From an uncultured bacterium (GTDB lineage Bacteria; Bacteroidota; Rhodothermia; Balneolales; DATFMH01): a stretch of DNA of 64,000 nucleotides. The stretch's first letter is position 1, and the number at the start of each line of letters is the position of its first letter. The DNA is taken from the NCBI GenBank assembly GCA_963783355.1, contig CAWANF010000013.1, positions 72,158 to 136,157 on the forward strand, in the 5' to 3' direction. A program made the translations under genes and the position numbers. Positions 40,080 to 50,675 of the stretch are shown piece after piece. The notes beneath the pieces are model-generated. The model was not told the DNA's origin. It made no database searches and worked only from the letters and a program-made list of their open reading frames with translations.

Positions 40080-40865
40080 TTAGAGGATTTTGGCTTCATT
40101 TTCCAGCAAATCGACCAGTTTTTTTGCCAGTTCATCGGCTTCCCCCTCGAATTTTTTCCCGGGTTCTCTTTCGGGAATATCCTCATAACCGACAATTGAA
40201 CTGTCTGGCTGCTCCCTGAATTCGTTGCTGTCCAATCCGAGTGATGCTATATCCATGATTTCAATCGGTTTCTTTTTGGATTGCATGATCCCTTTCAGGC
40301 TGGGAATGCGTGGATCATTCATATCATTAGAGCAAGTCACGATGCAGGGAATAGAAAGTTCGATCATTTCCTGTCCCGTATCTCCCTGTCGCTTGACTGT
40401 TAACTTCTTATTATCAGGGTCAAGTTCTAATCCGACGGCATTAGTGGCATAGGGAAGCTGAAGAAGTTCGGCCAGCATGGAGCCGGTGAGTCCCGCATCG
40501 GTATCCTGTGACTGCTTACCCAGAGCTATAACCTGGTAATCATCTTGTTTGCTAAAATAAGCTGCAAGAATCCGGGCATAAGCGGCAGAGTCGAAATGAT
40601 CGGTATCATCTGTCTGAATATGAACCGCTGAAGCGGCACCCATTGCCAGGGCTTTCCTGATGGTTTCTTTGGTTTTATCAGGGCCGATGGAAATGACTTC
40701 AACATCACCGCCATGTTTTTCCGTTAATACGAGGGACTCTTCAACCGCGGAAGCACTGTAGGCATCCAATACCATACGATCAGTGTCTTGAATGAGCTCT
40801 CCGTTGCGAATAGAAATAGGAGCCGTGATGTCCGGAACCTGTTTGATACAAACGCTAAATTTCAT
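40080..40865 (-). CDS. etfB: electron transfer flavoprotein beta subunit (FixA/EtfB)
   Basis: 261 aa beginning 'MKFSVCIKQVPD', with the typical EtfB length and order. Confidence 0.92.
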   Translation of the reverse strand: MKFSVCIKQVPDITAPISIRNGELIQDTDRMVLDAYSASAVEESLVLTEKHGGDVEVISIGPDKTKETIRKALAMGAASAVHIQTDDTDHFDSAAYARILAAYFSKQDDYQVIALGKQSQDTDAGLTGSMLAELLQLPYATNAVGLELDPDNKKLTVKRQGDTGQEMIELSIPCIVTCSNDMNDPRIPSLKGIMQSKKKPIEIMDIASLGLDSNEFREQPDSSIVGYEDIPEREPGKKFEGEADELAKKLVDLLENEAKIL

Positions 40866-41209
40866 AGATGTAAATTGTCTTTGAGTTCTAAATAATGGTT
40901 ATAAAAACTCTTTTTGGAACCGCTTTTTTAAACGGAAAACGCAATATAAGGAAAACATCAATCAGATACTTCCCTTCTAAGTTATTAGCCATCAGGATAA
41001 AAAAAAGGTTCCAATGTTTCTAAAAAAATGTCACAAAAATTCATTTTTATTTGAGGGGTGGATAAGAATCGAATTTTAGTGAGTTTAAACAGCGATACGA
41101 AAGAAGGATGGAAAGATGAAAACCGTCTTGAAAAATTTTAAATGTTAAATGATGAATTTTGAATTGAAGGGGGCACTTGGGGACATTCAGTTATGAATAA
41201 GAACATATC

Positions 41210-41900
41210 TGTATGGTTGTTGGTGTCGCTCATGAACAGTAATCAGGGCTACCAACTACATTACCACCTCAATGTCATGCCTCCGAAACCGGGATCCAAT
41301 AAGGTAATGGGTTAGCAACGAATGCCAGGAAGGCTTGGAATAACCTATGGATAAGGCTTTCCCGACAACAGGAGATCCCGGATATTTCAGAAAGCGAAAT
41401 TCGGGATGACAACGTTGGGTGGTGGTGATGGCGTTTCAAAGTTAAAATTAAGGTTACCAACTAAAGAACAACGTCATTCCGGCCCCGGAGCCGGAATCTC
41501 CCGACGTTGGAAGCTGTGCCGTTGTACGGAGATCCCGGATATTTCAAAAAGCGAAATTCCGGGATGACGGCATTTGTGGTTGTTGGTGTCGCTCATAAAC
41601 ATTAATCAGGACTACCAACTACATTACCACCACAATGTCATGCCTCCGAAAAAAACGTCGGAGGTATCCAATAAAGCACAGGTTTAGCAACGAATGCCAG
41701 GAAGGCTTGGAAAGGCATTGGTTAGAACGATTATAGACGAAGATAACGGTATGTAAACTGTAGCCACGTCCGGTTGGATCCTGAATCAAGTTCAGGATGA
41801 CATCGTTTGGGTGGAGTGATGGCGTTTCAAAGTTAAATATAAGGTTACAAACTAAAGAACAACGTCATTCCGGCCATGGAGCCGGAATCTCCTGCCCTGC
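41210..41900. repeat. composite repeat block (two ~365-bp units built from hairpin modules)
   Basis: The ~125-bp module 'TTGTTGGTGTCGCTCAT..GAATGCCAGGAAGGCTTGGAA' occurs at ~41217 and ~41580. Each copy is followed by members of the GTCAT..ATCTCC hairpin family (41371-41410, ~41472, ~41528, ~41773-41805, ~41864). Confidence 0.85.
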
Positions 41901-42262
41901 AATGAAAACAACATAGCTTTCGGGAATTGCGGTCCTAAGCAGATATTAAAACAAGGGGAACGGGTAATTCATGGATTACCCGTTTTGCAACAATATGACC
42001 ATCTCTCTTATGATCTCGTTACGTCACTCCGGGGCGTAACGAGAACCTGCCATATGAGAACAAAAATTCAAATGTGATCAACAAGGATTAAAATTATTTG
42101 GGGTGAATGTATTTTAACGGTCAGAATTTCGATAAATGGCGTTGTTGAATTGGGGTAAAAATTTATTTTTTAAGGCTATGGACAATGATGTAAATAAGTG
42201 GTTAATATTGATTAATCCGGTACGAAAAACCCGGTAATTTGAAATCTACTAACTGTATAGAA

Positions 42263-42721
42263 ATGAGTATTCGTATGAATAACATTAGAAAGGCTGAGGG
42301 AATACATATTGTTCGTTCCCTGATATTATTAATCGTAATTACCCTTGTAACCTTAAGTACCGGACTGGCTCAAAATAAGCCACAGGCAAAGAAGGGATCG
42401 CAGCTTGATCGGGTCATGAATGTGTACGTTAAGCGCTTGCAATTGAATAAAGAACAAGTTGAAAAATTCCGTCCGGTCATGGAGCAACATTTGGCAAAAC
42501 AAAAAGAACTAAAGGTCAAATATAAAAGCAACCGTACCATGATGCGCAAGGAAATGATGGCAGAACGTACCGGTATGGAACAGAAATTAGGCGAGATTGC
42601 AACTGCAGAACAGATGGAGAAATATCAAAAATGGCAAAATTCTTATAAAACGAAGAAAAGCAATAAGAAAGCCATAAAGAAAGCTCCGGAAGCTAAAACA
42701 GCCCCAAAACCGGTAGATTGA
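42263..42721 (+). CDS. small secreted Lys-rich helical protein (possibly Spy/CpxP-like)
   Basis: About 152 aa with a signal peptide ending 'STGLAQ' and an LTXXQ-like 'LNKEQ' motif. Followed by a strong terminator. The family call is weak. Confidence 0.6.
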   Translation: MSIRMNNIRKAEGIHIVRSLILLIVITLVTLSTGLAQNKPQAKKGSQLDRVMNVYVKRLQLNKEQVEKFRPVMEQHLAKQKELKVKYKSNRTMMRKEMMAERTGMEQKLGEIATAEQMEKYQKWQNSYKTKKSNKKAIKKAPEAKTAPKPVD

Positions 42722-42743
42722 TTTTTAAATAAAGCGACATTCC

Positions 42744-42778
42744 GGCTGCCATGTGAAGGTTACGTGGCAGCCTTTTTT
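42744..42778 (+). terminator. intrinsic terminator
   Basis: GGCTGCCA..TGGCAGCC hairpin followed by TTTTTT, 23 nt past the stop codon. Confidence 0.8.
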
Positions 42779-42890
42779 ATTACAGCCAGGGAACCCGGAA
42801 ATCGAAGAATGGAAACCGCGAAATGATAAAAAATTTTTGAATAATATTGTTACCTCGTTCCGGCCGAAGGATTTGCAAAAACTTTAGGGT

Positions 42891-43610
42891 GTCATTGCGA
42901 TCCCGACAACAGGAGATCACTGATATTTCAAAAAGCGAAATTCCAGGATGACGACGTTTGGGTGGTGGTGATGGCGCTTATAAAGTTAAATATAAGGTTA
43001 CCAACTAAAGAACAACGTCATTCCGGCCCCGGAGCCGGAATCTCCCGACGTTGGAAGCTGTGCCGTTGTACGGAGATCCCGGATATTTCAAAAAGCGAAA
43101 TTCCGGGATGACGACGTTGGGTGGTGGTGATGGCGCTTATAAAGTTAAAATTAAGGTTACCAACTAAAGAACAACGTCATTCCGGCCCCGGAGCCGGAAT
43201 CTCCCGACGTTGGAAGCTGTGCCGTTGTACGGAGATCCCGGATATTTCAAAAAGCGAAATTCCGGGATGACGACGTTGGGTGGTGGAGTGATGGCGTTTC
43301 AAAGTTAAAATATAAGGTTACCCACTAAAGAACAACGTCATTCCGGCCCCGGAGCCGGAATCTCCCGACGTTGGAAGCTGCGCCGTTGTACGGAGATCCC
43401 GGATATTTCAAAAAGCGAAATTCCGGGATGACGACGTTGGGTGGAGTGATGGCGTTTAAAAGTTAAAATTAAGGTTACCAACTAAAGAACAACGTCATTC
43501 CGGCCCCGGAGCCGGAATCTCCCGACGTTGGAAGCTGTGCCGTTGTACGGAGATCCCGGATATTTCAAAAAGCGAAATTCCGGGATGACGGCATTTGTGG
43601 TTGAGTGGTA
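42891..43610. repeat. tandem array, ~160-bp unit x ~4.5, each unit an inverted pair of hairpin elements
   Basis: 'CAACGTCATTCCGG' recurs at 43013, 43172, 43333 and 43490 (spacings of 159, 161 and 157). Each unit is CGTCATTCCGGCCCCGGAGCCGGAATCTCC plus the oppositely oriented GGAGATCCCGGATATTTCAAAAAGCGAAATTCCGGGATGACG, with conserved linkers. Confidence 0.92.
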
Positions 43611-43650
43611 GTAAAAGGGTAATTCATGAATTACCCTTTTACGAAAAACC

Positions 43651-44634
43651 TTATTTCAGCTTGTCATACTCGGATATATGCCCCGGATCGATATCGATGA
43701 GCACGCGATAGGCCTCAAGTTTCTGCTGAAGACTGGCATCCGAAAAGACCGATACAAATTCTCTGAATTTTGCACTGAAAAACAAATCAAATGGATAATT
43801 TGAAGTGGTTCTCCGCTGTGCTTCTTTGATAAGATTAAAGGCATCCAGGATATTGGTACGCGCCTTTACAGCATCGGTGGTGAATAAATCGAGGCCTTTA
43901 AGATGATACATGTAAGAAGCTTTTCTCAATCCCTCGTAATTTGGATCGAGTAAATCAGTGATTAATGTGTACCGGCTTTGTGGCCCGTCGCTTGAGCTCC
44001 ATCCGGAACTGCCGGCCGATTGAGCCAGGTCGAGAATTCCCCGGGCCTTCTTGAAATAGGGAGTTCCACCCAATGATGAGAAGGTATCGTAATCATAACC
44101 CAGGATGACGTAAGCATAAAAATCGAGGAAAGAAGCCATATCATCATATTGAAACTGGTTATGGATCAGGCTTTTATTGGGTGGATAGTTGAAATTCCAG
44201 CTGTCTGATATGATGACAACCGGTGTGCTGCTCACCGTATTATAAATAGGCCGGGTTGAAGAGAATATGACCGTAGCTGAAAAATTGTAATTATTGTCAG
44301 CCGAATTGAGGATGATTTGCATATTAAACTTGATCCGCTCTTCTTCCTGGAAATGATCACTGGTCCAGCTGTAATTGTTGAAATAATCTTCGATTGCCGA
44401 TTTCAGACTGCTCAGGTAATCCAGTGAGGTGCTGTTAATCTTGCTTTTGTCAACGGTGACGGTACTGGTGAATTCCTGGGCAAAACTTGTTTTCGGATGC
44501 AAGAGAATCGCCATAAACAGGAATAGTAAAGCCGTTATAAACGGTTTGGAAAATTTCCTGAAATAGTATGCACAAAAGCCTGTTTGCATAAGTGAATATC
44601 CGGTAATTATAGAAAATTTCGTAAGGGTCTCCAC
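43651..44634 (-). CDS. DUF4835-family protein (T9SS-associated in some annotations)
   Basis: 327 aa with a signal peptide. Matches the DUF4835 pattern as I recall it: 'V.VD.S.I...S.......L...I..Y.NN..WT...F...ERI', 'FLDFYAYVILGYDYDTF' and 'YHLKGLD'. Confidence 0.75.
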   Translation of the reverse strand: METLTKFSIITGYSLMQTGFCAYYFRKFSKPFITALLFLFMAILLHPKTSFAQEFTSTVTVDKSKINSTSLDYLSSLKSAIEDYFNNYSWTSDHFQEEERIKFNMQIILNSADNNYNFSATVIFSSTRPIYNTVSSTPVVIISDSWNFNYPPNKSLIHNQFQYDDMASFLDFYAYVILGYDYDTFSSLGGTPYFKKARGILDLAQSAGSSGWSSSDGPQSRYTLITDLLDPNYEGLRKASYMYHLKGLDLFTTDAVKARTNILDAFNLIKEAQRRTTSNYPFDLFFSAKFREFVSVFSDASLQQKLEAYRVLIDIDPGHISEYDKLK

Positions 44635-44684
44635 CGAAACCCATCATATTATACAAAGAATACACGGATTTTACTGCTCAGGTT

Positions 44685-45428
44685 TTGGTTCTGTTCATCA
44701 AAAAAATCGTTTTTATAAGTTTAATTTTGTTTTCAGCTGTTATTCCGGCTTTTTCACAAATCGTTATGGGAGGGCGGGGCGCAAGTCTGTCGGAAGCAAC
44801 ATCTGCCATGACAAATGATAAGTGGGCTTTATTTGCTAATCCGGCCAATTTGAGTAAAAGGAATACGGCATCATTTTATGCAATTCGGAATTTTGGATTG
44901 TCGGCTTTAACCGATTACGCTTTTGAGCTTTCATGTCGTACAAAAGCAGGTACAATCGGTGTAGGTGGCCATACCTACGGATTCAAATTGTTTCGGCAGA
45001 GTGAGTTTCGGGTGGGATTCAGTAAATCTATATTGGATATCCGACTCGGTTTGGTAGTCAATTACATAAATTATTCCCTGCCCGAACCCTATGGATCGGC
45101 CGGTACGATTGGTGTGAACATTGGGATAACGGCACCCCTGGTAAATGGACTTTGGCTGGGTGCGCGGGCTGAGAATATAAATCAACCAGAAATTGGGAAA
45201 AATAAAGAGGAGCTGCCACAAGCTTTGGCGATTGGGATTGATTACCGCATTTCCTCAAAAGCGTTATATCTGTTGGAATGTTATAAGGATATCGATTTCC
45301 CGGTCTCTATCCGGAGCGGGCTGGAATTTTCTCCCGTCGGTGTTCTGAGGCTCAGGGCAGGTATCAAGACGCATCCGCAGTCCTTTTCACTGGGATTGGG
45401 AATCGATCAAAAAAACTTTCAGCATTGA
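44685..45428 (+). CDS. putative outer-membrane beta-barrel, PorV/PorQ-like
   Basis: 247 aa with a signal peptide (TTG start per the ORF track). N-terminal 'GGRGASLSEATSAM..WALFANPANLS' resembles the PorV/PorQ N-terminal signature, and the strand pattern alternates. It is shorter than typical PorQ. Confidence 0.5.
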   Translation: MVLFIKKIVFISLILFSAVIPAFSQIVMGGRGASLSEATSAMTNDKWALFANPANLSKRNTASFYAIRNFGLSALTDYAFELSCRTKAGTIGVGGHTYGFKLFRQSEFRVGFSKSILDIRLGLVVNYINYSLPEPYGSAGTIGVNIGITAPLVNGLWLGARAENINQPEIGKNKEELPQALAIGIDYRISSKALYLLECYKDIDFPVSIRSGLEFSPVGVLRLRAGIKTHPQSFSLGLGIDQKNFQH

Positions 45429-45488
45429 TTTTGCCGCTGTACATCATATAATTTTAGGCTGGAGTCCCGGTATTGATTTCGCGGTGAA

Positions 45489-47572
45489 GTGGTGAGGTTT
45501 CCTGGATTCAACATATTGTCAGGCATGGGTTTAGCAGGTATTCTGTTGTTAGCGGGATGCAGCCATACAAAGAATCTCATCGAAAATGACCAGACGGATT
45601 CGATACAAGAGGCCGTAGAATCAGCCATGAATACGCGAATTGATCAAAATAATGCTGCTAATCTGACTTCGCTGGCGAACGACTTGCAGGAACTGGCTGA
45701 AAATCCGGTAAATATTAATACAGCGGATGAAAGTGAGTTGCTGCGTATTCCATGGCTAAAACGGAAAATAGTTCGGAGTATCATTGCCTATCGTAACAAA
45801 GTGAAACCATTTGAAACAAAATCGTCGATCCAGGATGTTCGTGGAATTGGAAAAGCAACCTATCAGAAAATTAAGCCGTTCATAACAGTGGGTTCGGAAT
45901 CACAAAAATGGCGATCCGTTTACAACAGAAAAACCTACTGGACCAGCAATAGCCATATTTCTGTAATCACACGATTTCAGCGAATTCTTCAAAATCCACT
46001 GGGTTATACACGAAATTCCGGTACGCATTATGCCGGAAATCCGGCGCGCTACTATGACCGGGTGACGTATGTCTCCAACCACCTGGCCGCCAATGTAACG
46101 ATGGAGAAAGATCCGGGCGAGACGATGGACGGGAAACTGGGATTTGATTACAGTTCAGGAAGCCTTTCTGTGAAAAATGTCGGATTTGTCAGAAAACTGG
46201 CAATCGGGGATTATCACGTTACATTTGGACAAGGACTCGTGTTATGGAACGGTTCGGCATTCGGAAAAGGAAGCGACGTGATTGGTGGCCCGGAACGGAA
46301 TGCGACCGGTATTCGCGGGTATCGTTCATCGGATGAAAATCATTTTTTCAGGGGTTTTGCCGTGACGGTCGGACGGAAATGGCAAAACAGCTTCTTTATT
46401 TCGGACAGAAACTTCAGTTCCTCGGTAATCAGCGGGGATACGGTTCGGTTTCCGAGCATGACGGGACTTTACCGGACAGCAACGGAACGCGCCCGGAGAT
46501 ACGATAATCGAAATAAGTTGATTGGCGGACATTCTTCGTACACTTTTCGGAATGGGGTGGTCGGTTTAACAGGCTATGCATCATCATTTTGACAAGTTTA
46601 TCCAACATGGAACCTCATTTTATCAACAGGAAGATTTCCGGGGAAGGAATGCCGCTGTCGGCGGAATAAATTTTGAATGGTTTCCCGGGAACCTGGACTG
46701 GTCGGGTGAGATGGCAGTGAGTCGTAATGGCGCTATGGGACTGGTATCAACGTTCGACTATGCCATAAATGATCAAACGGAGATGATGCTTGCTTACAGA
46801 AATTATGATCCGAAATTTCATTCCATTTTTGGCAACGGGTTTGGCGACCAGTCCGGAGCACCCCAAAATGAATCAGGCTGGTACATTGGGCTGCAAAGGA
46901 GAACTGTTTCCCAATGATATTGTTATTGGAACATATGTCGATGAAGTGCATTATCCCGCGCCAAAATACCGGGTGGATGAGCCGTCAAACGGTTTCGACT
47001 GGCTGGGATCGATAGATGCACAGGTTACCAAAAATTTGAATTTGTCGTTACTACTGAGGAATGATATTAGTCCGGTAGATTACAATTCAAGCGATACTTA
47101 CGGACGGCAAATAAAGCTTTTAGGGAAGCAAATTCGTCAAAATGCCCGTTTACAGCTTGGTTTTCAAAATGGAAAAGAAATACGTTTGCGAACACGTATA
47201 GAAGCAAGCCGGGTCTCATTACCGGAAGCAACGGCATCCTATGGATTCCTGATGTCACAGGATATCCGGTGGGTTCCAATTCCCACACTGCGGTTGGATA
47301 TGCGCTACGCCTTATTCGATACGGATAATTACCAGTCGCGTTTATATGAATATGAGAATAACCTGCTTTACGTGATGAGCATACCCGCCTTTTTTGGCAA
47401 AGGCCGGCGCTGGTATATCCTGCTGAAATATTCTCCCATACCAGAATTAAGTATCTGGGCACGCTATGACGTGACGACATTCGAAAATAAGAAATCAATC
47501 GGCAGCGGGCTGGATGTTATTCCGGGAAACAGGAAAAGTCATATCGGCTTGATGGTTCGTTGGAAATGGTGA
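45489..47572 (+). pseudogene. helix-hairpin-helix (ComEA-like) domain fused to a large beta-strand-rich domain, interrupted by two frameshifts
   Basis: Three consecutive ORFs in frames 0, 1 and 2 (45489-46592, 46576-46917, 46790-47572) read as one ~695-aa protein. HhH region: 'NINTADESELLRIPWL..VRGIGKATYQKIKPFI'. The first shift is at the T4 run at 46587-46590, the second at ~46880-46900. Confidence 0.75.
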
Positions 47573-47737
47573 GAATCGGGAAAACGGAGACACGGAAATT
47601 GGAAAATGGAAGCCGGAGGAATGAGAAATGTTGAATTAATTCAGATTTTCCCCTCTTGGGAGGGGATTAAGGGGTGGGTAAAAGAAAAGGTACAAGTAAT
47701 AAACCTGCTACATCCTGATGTCTATCATCATTTTTAA

Positions 47738-47959
47738 TTAGCCACAGATCCACACGGAAAACCACCGATAAAAAAAGATAAGAATGATAGAATTGGAACA
47801 AATAAAGGGCAGTGTCATGCTGAGCGGAGTCGAAGCACAGGATGAACAAAAAAACAAATTAGCCACAGATCCACACAGAAAAACACTGATAAAAATGGAT
47901 AAGAATGATAGTACTGGAACAATTAAAGAACCATGTCATGCTGAGCGGAGTCGAAGCAC
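47738..47959. repeat. tandem duplication, 121-bp unit x 2
   Basis: 'TTAGCCACAGATCCACAC' occurs at 47738 and 47859. Each unit ends in GTCATGCTGAGCGGAGTCGAAGCAC (47814-47838, 47935-47959). Confidence 0.9.
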
Positions 47960-48329
47960 CCCTCGTTACGTAGCTCTGCTGCGTAACGCCCCCGTGGAGG
48001 CTCTGCCTCCAGTATATAGAACATTAAATTCTAATCTGGTACCCACACATATTAAATTGTCTCAGACGCCGGGGTGGCAGATATGCTTTTCCCTGTCATT
48101 TAGAATTCATCATTTAAAATTTAAAATTAATATCACGTTCCTTCCCCTCGTTACGTAGCTCTGCTGCGTAACGCCCCCCGTGGAGGCTCTGCCTCCAGTA
48201 TATAAAACATTAAATTCTAATCTGGTACCCACATTTATTAAATTGTCTCAGACGCCGGGGTGGCAGATATGCTTTTCCCTATCATTTAGAATTCATCATT
48301 TAAAATTTAAAATTAATACCACGTTCCTT
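47959..48329. repeat. tandem duplication, 185-bp unit x 2, just upstream of fcl
   Basis: 'CCCCTCGTTACGTAGCTCTGCTGCGTAACGCC' occurs at 47959 and 48144. The copies are near-identical and each contains the hairpins CGTTACG..CGTAACG and GGAGGC..GCCTCC. Confidence 0.92.
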
Positions 48330-48415
48330 CATTAAATTTTATAAATCATTGGAATGTTTTCTCTTGTGATGAGTATTATTTATCTTCTGAATCTAATTTT
48401 AAAGATATTTGTGTG

Positions 48416-49366
48416 ATGGATAAAAACAGCAAAATTTATATAGCCGGTCATCGGGGAATGGTGGGTTCCGCAATAGTCCGATTACTTGAAGAAAATGGGT
48501 ACAGCCATTTAGTACTTCGGACGAGTAAAGAACTCGATTTGCGTAATCAAACAGCGGTCGATTCATTCATGGAAGCGGAAAAACCGGATGTTGTAATCAT
48601 TGCAGCGGCACGGGTCGGTGGTATTCTTGCTAATAACGAGTATCCTTACCAGTTTTTATATGATAATCTCGTCATTGAATCGAATGTGATTAATGCTGCT
48701 CACAAGAATGATGTGAACCGGCTCATCTTTTTGGGAAGTTCCTGTATTTACCCGAAACTGGCACCCCAGCCGCTAAAAGAAGAATATTTATTAACAGGGC
48801 CACTGGAGCCGACCAATGAATGGTATGCCATTGCCAAAATAACCGGTATCAAGCTCTGTGAGGCCCTGCGAAAACAATACGGAAGAAACTATACTTCCCT
48901 GATGCCAACAAACTTATATGGTACCGGAGATAATTTCGACCTGAAAACCAGCCATGTTTTGCCGGCGATGATTCGAAAGTTTCATGATGCTCTGCCGGAT
49001 AAGCCCGTAACATTATGGGGAACCGGTTCTCCCATGCGGGAATTTCTGCATGTGGACGATATGGCAGCTGCAGTCCTGTTCGTATTGGAACATGATGTTT
49101 CCGGGAACTTATATAATGTTGGAACGGGAACCGATTTTACGATTAAAAAACTTGCCGAAACCATTCAAAAAATAGTCGGGCATACAGGAGATATTATATG
49201 GGATTCCACCAAACCGGATGGAACACCACGAAAACTTTTAGATGTTTCCCTGCTAAAAAAAGAAGGCTGGAAACCGAAAATTGAATTGGAAGAAGGAATT
49301 CGATCCACTTATGAATGGTTCAAACAACAAGCCAATCATATCAAAGAAGTGCATATTGCAGAATAA
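48416..49366 (+). CDS. fcl: GDP-L-fucose synthase
   Basis: About 316 aa with '[15 protein letters not shown]', 'LGSSCIYPK' and 'YAIAKI', collinear with Fcl/WcaG. Confidence 0.93.
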   Translation: MDKNSKIYIAGHRGMVGSAIVRLLEENGYSHLVLRTSKELDLRNQTAVDSFMEAEKPDVVIIAAARVGGILANNEYPYQFLYDNLVIESNVINAAHKNDVNRLIFLGSSCIYPKLAPQPLKEEYLLTGPLEPTNEWYAIAKITGIKLCEALRKQYGRNYTSLMPTNLYGTGDNFDLKTSHVLPAMIRKFHDALPDKPVTLWGTGSPMREFLHVDDMAAAVLFVLEHDVSGNLYNVGTGTDFTIKKLAETIQKIVGHTGDIIWDSTKPDGTPRKLLDVSLLKKEGWKPKIELEEGIRSTYEWFKQQANHIKEVHIAE

Positions 49367-49434
49367 AAATATTAATTGACATCATTTAATAAAGTGTCCC
49401 CAACCAATTCGGTTGAGATGGAAATAAGCTTTAA

Positions 49435-50623
<1,189 letters not shown>

Positions 50624-50675
50624 ATCAGTTAACAGTGATCAATAAACAATGATCAGAATTCGTTTGTAAGCTTCA

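Noticed and set aside
37342-40865. fixABCX naming could suggest a nitrogen-fixation locus.
   Set aside because: There are no nif genes or other diazotrophy markers in the window. The neighbours are acyl-CoA dehydrogenases, so the set is read as an ETF/ETF-QO-like module for acyl-CoA oxidation.
42891-43610. Regularly spaced repeats that could be mistaken for a CRISPR array.
   Set aside because: The whole ~160-bp unit is repeated, including the inter-hairpin linkers, so there are no unique spacers. The repeat length and inverted-pair structure do not fit CRISPR, and no cas genes are in the window.
47784-48158. 124-aa ORF, together with ORFs at 35098-35780, 50639-50911, 50961-51215 and the 49456-49545 extension of gmd, lying in intergenic repeat regions.
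   Set aside because: Their sequences are simply translations of the repeat modules ('HAERSRS', 'SPLIKGG.GG' and the like). They cross module boundaries and recur in different frames and strands. They are not credible genes.
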